Source: a virus. Taken from it: 64,000 nucleotides of DNA. Of this stretch, positions 29,201 through 38,996 are shown piece by piece. The notes beneath the pieces are model-generated. The model saw only the letters and a list, made by a program, of their open reading frames with translations. It searched no databases and was not told where the DNA came from. The position numbers and the translations under genes are program-made. Location: the IMG/VR virus record IMGVR_UViG_3300045988_106180, positions 22,057 through 86,056 of that record, one strand, 5' to 3'. The stretch's first letter is position 1, and the number at the start of each line of letters is the position of its first letter.

Positions 29201-32200
29201 TTATGCCACAAGAATGGAATCCATATACAAAAAGGCTGAAGAAGAATTAGGGCATCCGGTTTCTCAAACAACCAAAGAATACCTTAATGCTCTTTCTCGG
29301 CAGAAGCGGATATTGAGGCAACCTTTTATTGATAGCAATGGTAATTTTGATGAGGTTGCTTACTATAAGAGTAGTAACTACGAAGAAGAAGGACTGCTTC
29401 GTAAACAACGTAAGGAGGCGGCTTCAGAATACATATATGTAGGAACCAGGAGAGTAGATAAAACCGGTGATCAACTCAAGATGGCTAAAGAAATACAAGC
29501 CATAAATGAAGTTTGGAGAAAAGAATCAAATAATGTCACTAATGCCGTATCAGAATCATTTCTGCAAAAATTGAGAACTATTCAGCGTGAATCTGGAGGG
29601 GAAGCTGCGCTGAAGACACTTATGTTGGGAGGTCACCTGTCGTTCAATGATCGGTTTTGGAATGAAGTAGAATCGGAACAGTCGGCGCGTACCGAATCAA
29701 ATAACAAGGCTTCGTATCTTAAAATGGCGCATGATATCATTAGTTCTACGACAAGTGATAGAGATGCGACTGACGTGGATTCGATTGTGAAAGATATAGA
29801 AAAAAATAAGGCCATTATCAAGGAAATAATCGGAAACAATCGCGATGTGGCTGATATCGGAGAAATTAACGAAGCGACATTTACCTCATCTGAAAGAGAT
29901 GCTTTTAGGGCCGCATCTGAAGCTATTGAAGCCGATTACGCTATCTTAATAGATTATGCTAAGATGGTGGGTCTTGAAGATATTGATAAGTACCTTACTA
30001 AAAGCAGTAAGGCTGAAAACGAAGTAAATCAGTCTTATTTAAATGCTCTTGCTGACTCCAAGGAAGTGGAATGGAAGTTCGTACAACGTCATACTACGGC
30101 GAAGAAAGCAAAAAGGATTCAGGCTTTAAGGGATAAGCTGTTTAAGGCTGCTGATAACCGATATCTGTTTACCGTATCTGAAACCAACTACCTGTCAGAA
30201 AAGCTTGGTATAAGCAAAGAATTAGACGGTAGAGATTTCAGGAATGCTGTTAATGCTAAGATGGCCAGCTTATTTTTAAATAATACAAGAGAAGAGGGTA
30301 TAGAAGCTGACATAAAAGCGGGCATAGAAGAAGCTAATGCTATTGTTAATGAATTTGCCAGGAGCCAGGTTTTTTCGTACTATAAACGCATGGCGCCTAC
30401 CGGATATGCGGCCATGATCGACAAAATCGGTCGAGGTGAGATAGATGTGGCGCAGATGGTTAAGGACGTACAAAATGGTACATCCGCCCAAGATTATGGC
30501 ATGGACATATCGTACCTGTCTTTCGATCCTGCAAGGGCATGGGTGGCTGAATCTGAAGCCGAAAATAACGGTCGTAATCCTGATTATGTAAAAGATCATG
30601 GGTATGGTCATCGCATGCCTAAGAAAAGCCTGTATCGTGATGAATCGTATTTCAATGACTTTGGTATCAAGTATGATGCTGACGGTAATGAAGTTGCTAC
30701 TAAAAACGTAGAGCAGTGGAATATGATTCAAAAACTCAAGGAAATAAAAAGACAATCCCTTGATCTATACAAAGAGCAGAGCCCTAATCTGTATGCTATT
30801 CCACAGATATCCAAACAAGATATAGAACGTATAGAAGGGTTAGGTATTAACCTTAAAAGTACGGTCAGGAACTTCGTATCCGACTTATGTCTTGACCGCG
30901 TAGATGACTCCCTGTATGGTAAAACACGTCAGGGTGAGGTATATGATCCGGAAGATAGGGTTCGGTCCATACCTAAATACTACATATATGAATTAGAGAA
31001 CCAAGATGACGTATCTCACGATTTTGGTTACTCTTATTCGATGCTTATGATGCAGTCATCGTTATACAACGAAAAGCAGAAGTCTATAGAGCTCGCCCAA
31101 GGACTGGAGCAGATGTTGCTGAATAAGCAATTTGAAGGCGGGAAGAAAGCTGAAGCGACTCAAGCATATCAGATGTTTAGAGACTTCTTCAATGACCATT
31201 ATTATGGCATTAGAATGAACACCAAAAAACTGACGGTAAACATCGGTGGGTACACAGTAGACCTTACCAGGATAATGATGGCTGTTGAAAGATTTATGTC
31301 GGTCATGAACCTGGCACTGTCTCCGTTTGTGGCAGCTACCGGCGCCCTGACAGGCCATATCAACCTCATCATGGAATCTGCCGTAGGACAGTATATAAGC
31401 AAAGACTCCCTTAAATACGCATCGGCTGAATTTTCACGCCTTGCGCCATCTTGTATAGCAGAAACCGGAGACATAGATAGGAAAAGTAAATTATATGTCA
31501 TAGGTGAGAGAATGGGGATATTTAATATCCGAAATCGTATGTATGGTGCCGGATACAATAGAGTGGCCAGGACCTTAATGCGTTCACCTATGTATGCTTT
31601 TATGGAAATCCTGAACTACCCTCTTGATCCGCAGGTTATGATTGCTACTATGGACAATGTTCGTTATTACAAAGGCCGGTTCTACACGTTCCAAGATTTC
31701 AAGATGGAAAAAGAACGTAATAAAGAACAGAGTACCATAAAAAGAGAATGGAACGCATTAAAAGATCGTACTTTATGGAGTATGGTAGATGTCGTGGATG
31801 GGAAGGTGGTTGTAAAGCCCGGATCGGGTGTTACTGTTGAGGAAGTAGAAACCCAGATGGCTATAACCAGAAATCAAGTTCGTAGCTTGTCGCAGATATG
31901 TAACGGATCTTTGAATGAAGAAAACCGAACTGCCGCATCGCGCAACTGGATAGCCAGGTTCATGACCGCCCACCGAGGATGGTTGGTGCTGGCGGCTCAA
32001 CGTCTGTGGAAAAGACGTGGCTTCAATTTCCAGACAATGCAAGAAGAGGAAGGGTTGTCAATTACGTTAAAGAATATGATAGCCAAAACATTTAGCCTGG
32101 CTTCCGAGTCTGGTATGAAAAACATCATAGATGCCTGGAACGAAAATAAAGACAATATGAATGAGGTAGAGAAAACTAATCTCAAACGCCTCAGTGTCTA

Positions 32201-32654
32201 TGCCGGCACGTTCCTTATCATGCAGGCCGTATCTATGCTTCTTGCCGGATGGCGTGATGATGATGAAAACGAAGAAAGTTGGCTTACTCAATTTGGATCC
32301 TATGTCGGATTCAGAACCATAAACGAAATAGCTTCACAGATGCCGTTTATTATGGAGCTTAACGTGGTAGATATCATTAACGATCCGTTCGTCATGGGAC
32401 GGAAGCTGAAGGATCTTACCGATCTTAGGAATTATTCACTTGATAAAGTAACATCCGGTACATACAAGGGAGAGTCTAAGTTATTTAGGCAACTCGCCAA
32501 ACAGACGTTTATCAAACAATGGTATAATATCAAGACGCCGGAAGACGTAGCGCGCGCCTATAATTGGTGGCAGCAGACGAACAACAAGTCAATGATGTTC
32601 TTCATCGGCGCCACTCCTGATTCGGAAGGAGACGATGATGTTAGCTACAAATAG
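26208..32654 (+). CDS. giant protein (2148 aa), probable virion/ejected cargo protein
   Basis: 6.4-kb uninterrupted ORF. No RNAP-type DxDGD or other catalytic motif found by eye. Confidence 0.6.
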   Translation: MVSTCIIKRDNKKKVVSVSTRSGDRSMLFDKIASIPLMENRERATTVFKTVFSNKFLKAFGDWRRNVPINKQAYNKVKFNIDLIPETYRERVLDKASKMSNPILVSKSDAPYEIRESGFGFYSQDLGDNIMLVDAMVPSSISVPEGPGIDAGQYLQDAISSDFTPVSMVQDKGVNYMVIKDGLKIFSPEELPQTDSNPVGVTYQTGEPRLFFMNDRSQLFEDYGEALRSGGNDIRIGFLSGTVQESTVDGVADITYKAGKYVLNNPKSFIPVMTASASTSLSTKGGIINYLIKKGLVSGSKIFDPETRSYYLTGEGHTGQIRLFNSALSYTELRNHFGSDVSMNDQGMITISSLDNSKITMRLATGGTERISREQIKNDLKSGRYNELDAKYDHFDALVVSFILEDNDLYADTKAKIVSDYSRQERDQRNSIVEILKTLGVSVIGMTDYIEKYQTKYGHEPSAKALADIANNVIAVGEDATLSDLVEETAHFLVEAYRDQNAVEAVLQDVEGTEEWNQYAGQYYNTYGKVYEGAELDNAVRREILGKILAREIQTGTAQAPVEPTSFLGRVRQLLSGIVNWLKSALSTQRQDLNNVIKNIRDLAITDIDKGFDTSLLKDNDFTLYSLSSMNKNKFLESKIRSLRKTLRDLRQISSDRAVTTSMTLAQLKTIEDKINKVETEIDKNEMAAAMNSMISTAEAQVRYLSNVVNTILHGDTKDGKLHFNTNDRKNVDIINNQVLPIMNDLRGYIRNRSTEFDEREKQDYTNRINTVIADINGIQSDIKSVQDLDESTLLDKLMNELHVPADKVKRVKEFFDKVQHDVSWISRWFGILEHSSSPFNNALGAMIAKDNYNAMVNAQPAISDFLAYAKKHGFNKSEFEKLLQKVDGKTSNYLRSALDMAKYDRNKKLAQMRAFATAMNIEISEEEINDVVDNNRNYVFKREVVDKDGNTVTENAKFKPSSDRVNTDIFTIEQEKIYTEQMEKWDAENSELEFSESYATRMESIYKKAEEELGHPVSQTTKEYLNALSRQKRILRQPFIDSNGNFDEVAYYKSSNYEEEGLLRKQRKEAASEYIYVGTRRVDKTGDQLKMAKEIQAINEVWRKESNNVTNAVSESFLQKLRTIQRESGGEAALKTLMLGGHLSFNDRFWNEVESEQSARTESNNKASYLKMAHDIISSTTSDRDATDVDSIVKDIEKNKAIIKEIIGNNRDVADIGEINEATFTSSERDAFRAASEAIEADYAILIDYAKMVGLEDIDKYLTKSSKAENEVNQSYLNALADSKEVEWKFVQRHTTAKKAKRIQALRDKLFKAADNRYLFTVSETNYLSEKLGISKELDGRDFRNAVNAKMASLFLNNTREEGIEADIKAGIEEANAIVNEFARSQVFSYYKRMAPTGYAAMIDKIGRGEIDVAQMVKDVQNGTSAQDYGMDISYLSFDPARAWVAESEAENNGRNPDYVKDHGYGHRMPKKSLYRDESYFNDFGIKYDADGNEVATKNVEQWNMIQKLKEIKRQSLDLYKEQSPNLYAIPQISKQDIERIEGLGINLKSTVRNFVSDLCLDRVDDSLYGKTRQGEVYDPEDRVRSIPKYYIYELENQDDVSHDFGYSYSMLMMQSSLYNEKQKSIELAQGLEQMLLNKQFEGGKKAEATQAYQMFRDFFNDHYYGIRMNTKKLTVNIGGYTVDLTRIMMAVERFMSVMNLALSPFVAATGALTGHINLIMESAVGQYISKDSLKYASAEFSRLAPSCIAETGDIDRKSKLYVIGERMGIFNIRNRMYGAGYNRVARTLMRSPMYAFMEILNYPLDPQVMIATMDNVRYYKGRFYTFQDFKMEKERNKEQSTIKREWNALKDRTLWSMVDVVDGKVVVKPGSGVTVEEVETQMAITRNQVRSLSQICNGSLNEENRTAASRNWIARFMTAHRGWLVLAAQRLWKRRGFNFQTMQEEEGLSITLKNMIAKTFSLASESGMKNIIDAWNENKDNMNEVEKTNLKRLSVYAGTFLIMQAVSMLLAGWRDDDENEESWLTQFGSYVGFRTINEIASQMPFIMELNVVDIINDPFVMGRKLKDLTDLRNYSLDKVTSGTYKGESKLFRQLAKQTFIKQWYNIKTPEDVARAYNWWQQTNNKSMMFFIGATPDSEGDDDVSYK

Positions 32655-32872
32655 ACGAAGAATATCGGACTTGCATTGTTTTGGTATGATTCCAATATGC
32701 TATATTAGCATCGTCAAAGAGTAGATTGTACGTTTTTTGTTCTTACTTGAAAGATTATGTAGGTTTAATTTTTTCTGAAATTGTTTTCTTACCGATTCTC
32801 AGTCAGGGATGATAGGGAACCGGTTTCTTTTATGTTGTACCAAACAATTGCGATATGAGTTTAAATAAAAAA

Positions 32873-32908
32873 CAATTATGGCACCAAGAACTATTGGTGC
32901 CATAATTG
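32873..32908. terminator. bidirectional terminator at the convergent strand switch
   Basis: Perfect 15-bp inverted repeat CAATTATGGCACCAA-GAACTA-TTGGTGCCATAATTG with A/T-rich flanks on both sides. Lies between the last + gene (ends 32654) and the first - gene (ends 33044). Confidence 0.6.
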
Positions 32909-33043
32909 TTAAAACCGTTTATTGTAACAAGAGTCCACTACCTTTACCCTCTTTTCTTCTTTCTTACTTCCCCATTAGTTGATTTCCTTTCAACTATTCT
33001 AAGAGGAATATGAAACAAGTTTCTAAGCATTAATTTCATGACC

Positions 33044-33511
33044 TTACCTATCTGTGAAAACTAAACCAATACCTTCTATAATATATCCTACTACAGGGGC
33101 TTTGTCAAATTCCTCCTTCGTAGCCCAAGTAGCATTATCAGGCATCAGATCCTTAAATGCATCCGAAACATCACCCTGACACCAGCAATTGTTTGATGCA
33201 ACAATACCCTTCCCTTCGATATTGACATACATTTTTCTTCCACCGCATCCAAGGCTATTCCATCCTCTTGGTACGTTTTCTACCATAGGCTTAAGCACCC
33301 AGCTTTCACCGTCTATCCTAATCCATCCAGGATCGTCTTTGTGCTTGTCGTACATATTTTGCCAAAAAGAGCATTCGTAGCACCATCCCTTGTCTTCCAT
33401 GATAGTTCTTATCTCACACCTTTCAAATCCATCTGCATCCATCGTGTGCGGAGAATGAGGCTGGTGAGGGGTGCCACATTTTGGGCATACGAGTTTTAAA
33501 TTCTTTTCCAT
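33044..33511 (-). CDS. Cys-rich zinc-ribbon protein (155 aa)
   Basis: CPKCG...CYEC...C.C pattern. Its N-terminus overlaps the 3' end of the next ORF in another frame. Confidence 0.45.
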   Translation of the reverse strand: MEKNLKLVCPKCGTPHQPHSPHTMDADGFERCEIRTIMEDKGWCYECSFWQNMYDKHKDDPGWIRIDGESWVLKPMVENVPRGWNSLGCGGRKMYVNIEGKGIVASNNCWCQGDVSDAFKDLMPDNATWATKEEFDKAPVVGYIIEGIGLVFTDR

Positions 33512-33746
33512 CTTGTTCTATTTTTACGATTTTAACAGAATCTCCAAGATTGTATTCCCCTTGGCGTCCAATAAACTTTATAAACCTCTTACTCTTAACT
33601 GCTGGAACTCTTTCGTCTTCTCCATAATATATCACACATCCACCACGTAAAGGTTTTAAATCGTATATAACCCATCCGTCATTAACTTGATTATCATATT
33701 TGCATGATGATAATACAAGTGTCATCAATAAAACAAAATATTTCAT
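33423..33746 (-). CDS. putative lipoprotein (107 aa)
   Basis: N-terminal signal with lipobox (MKYFVLLMTLVLSSC). Confidence 0.4.
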   Translation of the reverse strand: MKYFVLLMTLVLSSCKYDNQVNDGWVIYDLKPLRGGCVIYYGEDERVPAVKSKRFIKFIGRQGEYNLGDSVKIVKIEQDGKEFKTRMPKMWHPSPASFSAHDGCRWI

Positions 33747-33753
33747 ATTATTT

Positions 33754-33945
33754 TCAACATAAAAATTTATAACCTGGTTTTACCGCTTCTGCTTCTTCTC
33801 TCGTATCAAACATTAAGGTAGTGGTTGATTTTATACCTTCACAAATGTAAGATACTTTCACCCACCACCTGAAAATTCCCGATCCGTAATCATCATAATA
33901 CGGCTCGGAAAGAACCTCTTCTACGTACCCATCTAAGTAATTCAT
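33754..33945 (-). CDS. hypothetical protein (63 aa)
   Basis: ORF. Confidence 0.35.
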   Translation of the reverse strand: MNYLDGYVEEVLSEPYYDDYGSGIFRWWVKVSYICEGIKSTTTLMFDTREEAEAVKPGYKFLC

Positions 33946-33950
33946 GATCG

Positions 33951-34655
33951 TTACTCCTTATTTTTAGATTCTGCTTCTTCGAGTATGCTGATTACCTTGT
34001 CAACAATATCCGAATCAGACATTTTCTCAATAAAAACATCCATTGCCTTAGTTATGTCATTGGCTTCTTTTTCTTCAAGAGCTATTTCTCCACCGGTAAT
34101 AGCATCAGATAATGATGTAGACAAGTGTCTTATCTTATCAATGCTCATAAACGTAAATGGATTACCACCTTGACCACCACCCATTTCTTTCATGATCTGA
34201 TATCCACCTGAAATAAGTCTGCCTGATGTCGTGGCTAAGGAGGATACGATTAGGGACAGTACCGCCGCTTCCGTCCGCTCCTCCGACACGCCCTTCGACC
34301 ACACGGCTGCCCTTATAGCGCCGGCCAGGTCGTCTATGTATGGCATGAGGCAATCTTCCATCGCTTGTGTTATATCAGCTATAACCTCACTACGCTCTTT
34401 ATTTATGTAGTAGATAGAAGCATTGTACCTCTTTATCTCTTTGTCCATGTCATTTAAAAGACGCTTGATATTGTGCTTATACATAGGACTGGTTTTAATT
34501 ACTTCCTTTAGCTTAAGAATGTAATTATAAGCCTGGTCGTTTACAAACAACGTCATGGTCTCAACCGTTGAATGAAGCGTGTTAAGACTGTTAAGAATCT
34601 TATCGAAATTGTTTATCAAATAAGCTTTTCTGGCTTTTGCCGCGTAATTAATCAT
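33951..34655 (-). CDS. hypothetical protein (234 aa)
   Basis: ORF. Contains a GC3-rich island at about 34230-34330. Confidence 0.5.
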   Translation of the reverse strand: MINYAAKARKAYLINNFDKILNSLNTLHSTVETMTLFVNDQAYNYILKLKEVIKTSPMYKHNIKRLLNDMDKEIKRYNASIYYINKERSEVIADITQAMEDCLMPYIDDLAGAIRAAVWSKGVSEERTEAAVLSLIVSSLATTSGRLISGGYQIMKEMGGGQGGNPFTFMSIDKIRHLSTSLSDAITGGEIALEEKEANDITKAMDVFIEKMSDSDIVDKVISILEEAESKNKE

Positions 34656-35178
34656 CGCATTTAAATTTTAGATTTTCAAGTTCATTCAATTGTTTCTTAG
34701 TAGACTCGATCAGGTACGCTCTCCGTTCCTCTGCATGTTTTAAAGCTTCTTCTTTGCTCTCAAAAGCATCCATTCCTATTTCATAAGGAGTGAACCTATC
34801 AGGGATGTTGGCTAACAAAAGACCGCCGTACTCTTCTATTTTAGCTTTTACTTTTCTTATTATACCGTCTCTCAGGCACGCATCCGTAACCCATATAAAT
34901 CTATCACATTCTTCTAATTCCCTTTCGTACAATTCATACCATTTCGGCTTAGGGAATCTTAATGTGAATCTAATTTCGGTATCTTTCTCTAAGACATTAA
35001 TATCATACGCCTCCGGCCACAGTTCTTTTATACTGTCTTCGTCTTCAGCATACGCCACCAATACAAATGAATTACTGGATTCTGCGCTACACCAATACGG
35101 GTATTTTATAGGCCATTTGACTGGACGGTAATCATTGTCACAGTCATCCTTTCTAATGTGAAATCTTGCTCTGATCAT
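34648..35178 (-). CDS. hypothetical protein (176 aa)
   Basis: ORF. Confidence 0.5.
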   Translation of the reverse strand: MIRARFHIRKDDCDNDYRPVKWPIKYPYWCSAESSNSFVLVAYAEDEDSIKELWPEAYDINVLEKDTEIRFTLRFPKPKWYELYERELEECDRFIWVTDACLRDGIIRKVKAKIEEYGGLLLANIPDRFTPYEIGMDAFESKEEALKHAEERRAYLIESTKKQLNELENLKFKCDD

Positions 35179-35179
35179 A

Positions 35180-35488
35180 TTATTCTACTTTTTTGATTTC
35201 GCTCAAATCGTCTTCATACACCAAATAAGATCCTCTTCCAGGTCTTCCTTCTTTATTGGGTGCCTGGATCGTAAATATAACTGTTCCAGTACTCATGATT
35301 TGAACGCTCTTGAAGAAACCAACAAGAGATTCTTTCGAACGTTTGTAAAGAACGCTCACTTTATCTCCCTTCTTGAATCCATAAACAGAATCGAAATAAT
35401 CCTTTTTAATTCTTTCAATATTACTTCTGTGTTTGTCCATTGCTTCAAACTCGTCGTCTAACAGACGAATCATTTGTTCTTTTGTCAT
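35180..35488 (-). CDS. hypothetical protein (102 aa)
   Basis: ORF. Confidence 0.45.
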   Translation of the reverse strand: MTKEQMIRLLDDEFEAMDKHRSNIERIKKDYFDSVYGFKKGDKVSVLYKRSKESLVGFFKSVQIMSTGTVIFTIQAPNKEGRPGRGSYLVYEDDLSEIKKVE

Positions 35489-36042
35489 TCCTTTTCCTCC
35501 TTATTCAATGGTATTAATCCTTTTCCGTGCTTATCATACCACAGCATAGCTATACAATTCCACGCACATTGTGCAAGATGAAAACACCCTGTATCTGAGT
35601 CTATTCTTTCTCCTTTCATGTATTCCATTAGGTGTCGAAATATTGCAGCACGATACCGTTCAATGCCATTGTCAAGATTCTGCCAAGTATTAGGACCGTA
35701 CTTTTTGGCTCCGGCATGATAGACTTTTACAATGTCCTCAATCTCTTCCATTGGAAGCAAATCCCATCGTAGTTTATCATCAATGATGTCATTTTTCACC
35801 GATTTGTTTTCTATGGGGTCTTTGGTAAGAATAATATCCATAATATCCGTTTCTATGACGAACGTCTCCCCATTGCAACAAACCTCAGCATATTTATCAT
35901 TTACTTCTATGTCTGATACTGCCTCCGCTATAGCTCCTTTGACGATTTTAAATTCGGCACTGATTATATCATCTTTTAATATGCGAAAAATAGATCCTTT
36001 TGGATAAAGGATATTTTTAGTATTATCATCCATCTTTTCCAT
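35485..36042 (-). CDS. protein with a possible DUF550-like (dATP/dGTP diphosphohydrolase N-terminal-like) domain
   Basis: VYHAGAKKYGPNTWQNL...RHLMEY...GERIDSDTGCFHLAQCAWNCIAMLWY resembles that family's consensus as I recall it. Unverified. Confidence 0.45.
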   Translation of the reverse strand: MEKMDDNTKNILYPKGSIFRILKDDIISAEFKIVKGAIAEAVSDIEVNDKYAEVCCNGETFVIETDIMDIILTKDPIENKSVKNDIIDDKLRWDLLPMEEIEDIVKVYHAGAKKYGPNTWQNLDNGIERYRAAIFRHLMEYMKGERIDSDTGCFHLAQCAWNCIAMLWYDKHGKGLIPLNKEEKE

Positions 36043-36094
36043 TGCTTTATCGTTGTTTTACCTCATTTCGATAGTAATATAATCCATCTTCGTC

Positions 36095-36382
36095 TTATAC
36101 CCTATCATTTCTGTTTTTCTCAAAATACTGTCTTACGGCTTCAATCGCCTTATCGTCATCAAAAGCCTCTACAAACCCCTCATAGAATCTATTTCGCTCC
36201 ATAGAGAACGTATTGCTTCCATCCGGAATGGTTCTGAACACAACTACCCTCTCTCCATCTACGTTCGTTCCTATGATGTTGTTATGGAGAATAATAGAAT
36301 ACCGCCCAGAGTTTTTGTTCTGGACGACACTATGTTCGAGACTGTAGAGTCTAAGTAGTTCTCTTATTTCTTTTACTCCCAT
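36095..36382 (-). CDS. hypothetical protein (95 aa)
   Basis: ORF. Confidence 0.4.
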   Translation of the reverse strand: MGVKEIRELLRLYSLEHSVVQNKNSGRYSIILHNNIIGTNVDGERVVVFRTIPDGSNTFSMERNRFYEGFVEAFDDDKAIEAVRQYFEKNRNDRV

Positions 36383-36383
36383 A

Positions 36384-37151
36384 TTATTTTACGTTTTTAG
36401 AAGTTACAGCCTCTTCTCCCCATTTCTTTACATATATAGATCTCATCATGTTCATTAAATTAGAGAAAGAAGAGATGGTTCCCATCTCTATGCAGAATGC
36501 AAGATTAGACTGTAGGGTTTCAAGTTCTTTCAACTGCTCCTGTGTAGCCCTATTTCTTATCATGCTTTCATGCTCATTAAATACAATCCAATTTAAGCCT
36601 TTAGCCATCTTGGAGTAATCGGCATCCGGAAATCTTGATATAGCTCTTGACAAGACATTGTATTTATCACCTGCCTCTATTCGGTTTAAGATAAGCTTAT
36701 CTGTTAACCACGTAACAACCTCAGCATACAACATAGGGTTTAGTTCCATAGCTACAAGTACCCATATATATGGATTGCACATAGTTCTTCTATTTTCTCC
36801 CCTACCCATAGTTTTGTAGGCCCCCATCTTTTTCATCACTTTTATAAGTGATTCTTTTTCAACAGATTGTATAAAACCAGGAAATCCTGATTCTATCTTA
36901 TATCCCTGTTTTTCAAGAATATAGTAAACCCGTTCCGCACTCTCCTTGTTAGATAGAATATTCTCTATCCTCTTTTCATTCCATCCCATTTCGACCCTCT
37001 TCTTCGTATAGGCTTCCTGAAGGTCTGTTAAGGACATAAACGAAGTTTTAGTGTCCTGCTTAATTATTACGCCAAATAATTCTCGGTCTTTTGATACCAT
37101 TGTAACATTTGTTTTCATAAAATATAACACATAAAAAATAATACGATACAA
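36384..37151 (-). CDS. KilA-N-like DNA-binding domain protein (255 aa)
   Basis: MSLTDLQEAY...GRGENRRTMCNPYIWVLVAMELNPMLYAEVVTWL matches the KilA-N core (GTWvHp.la..fa.wlsp.f...v..w). Confidence 0.5.
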   Translation of the reverse strand: MYRIIFYVLYFMKTNVTMVSKDRELFGVIIKQDTKTSFMSLTDLQEAYTKKRVEMGWNEKRIENILSNKESAERVYYILEKQGYKIESGFPGFIQSVEKESLIKVMKKMGAYKTMGRGENRRTMCNPYIWVLVAMELNPMLYAEVVTWLTDKLILNRIEAGDKYNVLSRAISRFPDADYSKMAKGLNWIVFNEHESMIRNRATQEQLKELETLQSNLAFCIEMGTISSFSNLMNMMRSIYVKKWGEEAVTSKNVK

Positions 37152-37215
37152 AAATATGTATCGTATTATATCTATACAAATATATTGTGTTAAATTTTAT
37201 GATTATATTTTTACA

Positions 37216-37578
37216 TTATGCGCCTATGGCTGCCTCTAAATTTCCTATAATATCAGTTTCTATCTCATCGATTTTATCATCAATGGTTGAAACCGCATTC
37301 TCTAAATCCCCTACAATACTTTCCATATCATCAACAACTGCCTCCATATTAGCTACAGCCTCATCTGATTGATAATATCTTTCTGTATCTTGTAACGGCT
37401 CCGGCATATTGTCTCTTGCTTCTGTCTCCTCGTCTAAAATCATATCAACATCATCCTTGGCTGAATCCAGATTATGCCTGACCTCTGACAGCTTTGATTT
37501 GATAAACTCAAGATCTGTTTTATACTTTTCCAAATTGGAAATAATATCCTCTATTTTCTTACGTCTTTTGCTGTTCAT
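37216..37578 (-). CDS. highly acidic coiled-coil protein (120 aa)
   Basis: D/E-rich heptad repeats. Confidence 0.45.
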   Translation of the reverse strand: MNSKRRKKIEDIISNLEKYKTDLEFIKSKLSEVRHNLDSAKDDVDMILDEETEARDNMPEPLQDTERYYQSDEAVANMEAVVDDMESIVGDLENAVSTIDDKIDEIETDIIGNLEAAIGA

Positions 37579-38996
37579 GCCTTTATCCTATTATAATATT
37601 CGATAATCTTTTCTTTCCTATCTCCCGGTTTTACTGTCATATTCTCAGCCAGGAACCTAAAATACGACACCGGTATGTCTTTGAATCTAATTCCTTCATA
37701 TTTTCCAAACCACATTATTATGCTGTCAAGATCGTCCTCTCTCCTACCATCTCCATTTACGGATTTAAGCGAGGCTGCCCGGCGAAGGATTTCGTCTTTG
37801 GTAATAATATCACCCATCCTTATATTGGACAGAAGTTGATCGCCGGCAAACATACACCATCCCTTAGAAGGAAATTGTTCGATCGTTAAATCTTCTATCC
37901 GGCCGAAACGCCTCATGTTGTCGCAGCAATCAACTATCAGCGCCTCTTTCTTGTCAGGATGGATGCGGACGGCTCGGCCTACAATTTGATAGAATACTGA
38001 ATATGAGAACGTTGGTCGTCCAAACATCACACAATCAAGTTCAGGAAAATCAAATCCGGTAGCAAGCGTTGAATAATTAAACACGACCTTTAACTTACCT
38101 TCTTTGAAATCGGATATGATTTGCTCTCTTTTCTTTTTGGTTGTTAGCGATGTTACGACACCTGTTATGGCTCCCATCCTGGCATTCATGAACTCGGATA
38201 TTCTATTACATGATTCTATAGAATCCATGCAAACCAAAATGGCCTTACGCTCGTTCATAAGCTGAAGAAGACGCTTATAGATAGAGTTGTTTAAGCCGTT
38301 TCGTACAATGCTTTCTTTGATAGATTCGTTGGTGTATTCGGCTCCGGTACTGTTTAACATCAGAGCCGATTCATCAAACGACCATCGTTCGTACTTAAGT
38401 GGACACCAAAAACCTTGAGAAGTTAGCTCTTGTATTTGTATTACATGAACTAACTTCTTGAAGAAGTTATGTTCGTCTTTCGTCAGCATATTGAGCTTGC
38501 TATAGTTCCCTTCCAGCATGGAACTGTAGGTTCGGAGGCGGCAGGGAGTGGCGGTGAAGCCCAGCACCTTCGCCTCTGGAAACCCGTTCATAAACTCCAT
38601 AAATTCAGAACCTTCCTCCGGGGAATACCCCGAGTGGCATTCGTCCACCAATAAGGTGTCTATCCCTATATCTTTCAACCTTGCTACGTCTTTCTTTATG
38701 CTTTTAAGTGTAGCATAAGTCATAGCCGACAGTTCCTTTATACCACATGAAGCAGAATATATAGTAGGTTTAGAACCGAATGATACGGCCTTTGCATAAT
38801 TCTGCTCCAGAATCTCTTTTGAGGGCTGTAATACTAACGTCGGTCTATTTATCTCATGCGCTATCTTGGATATCAGAAGGCTCTTACCCGCTCCGCATGG
38901 GGCTACTATTATGCCAGGCTTTTTAGATCTTCCTGTAAGAAACTTAAGCCCGGCATCCACTGCTTCTTTCTGGTAAGGTCTAAGTTCAAAGCCCAT
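37575..38996 (-). CDS. superfamily-2 DEAD/DEAH-box helicase
   Basis: Motif I APCGAGKS, motif II LVDECHSG, motif III FTATP, motif VI QIVGRAVR. Confidence 0.85.
   Translation of the reverse strand: MGFELRPYQKEAVDAGLKFLTGRSKKPGIIVAPCGAGKSLLISKIAHEINRPTLVLQPSKEILEQNYAKAVSFGSKPTIYSASCGIKELSAMTYATLKSIKKDVARLKDIGIDTLLVDECHSGYSPEEGSEFMEFMNGFPEAKVLGFTATPCRLRTYSSMLEGNYSKLNMLTKDEHNFFKKLVHVIQIQELTSQGFWCPLKYERWSFDESALMLNSTGAEYTNESIKESIVRNGLNNSIYKRLLQLMNERKAILVCMDSIESCNRISEFMNARMGAITGVVTSLTTKKKREQIISDFKEGKLKVVFNYSTLATGFDFPELDCVMFGRPTFSYSVFYQIVGRAVRIHPDKKEALIVDCCDNMRRFGRIEDLTIEQFPSKGWCMFAGDQLLSNIRMGDIITKDEILRRAASLKSVNGDGRREDDLDSIIMWFGKYEGIRFKDIPVSYFRFLAENMTVKPGDRKEKIIEYYNRIKA

Noticed and set aside
26208-32654. 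Virion RNA polymerase identity for the 2148-aa protein
   Set aside because: I looked for the DxDGD-type metal-binding motif of crAss-like virion RNAPs. I found only YDADGNE, which does not fit. Left as an unknown giant protein.
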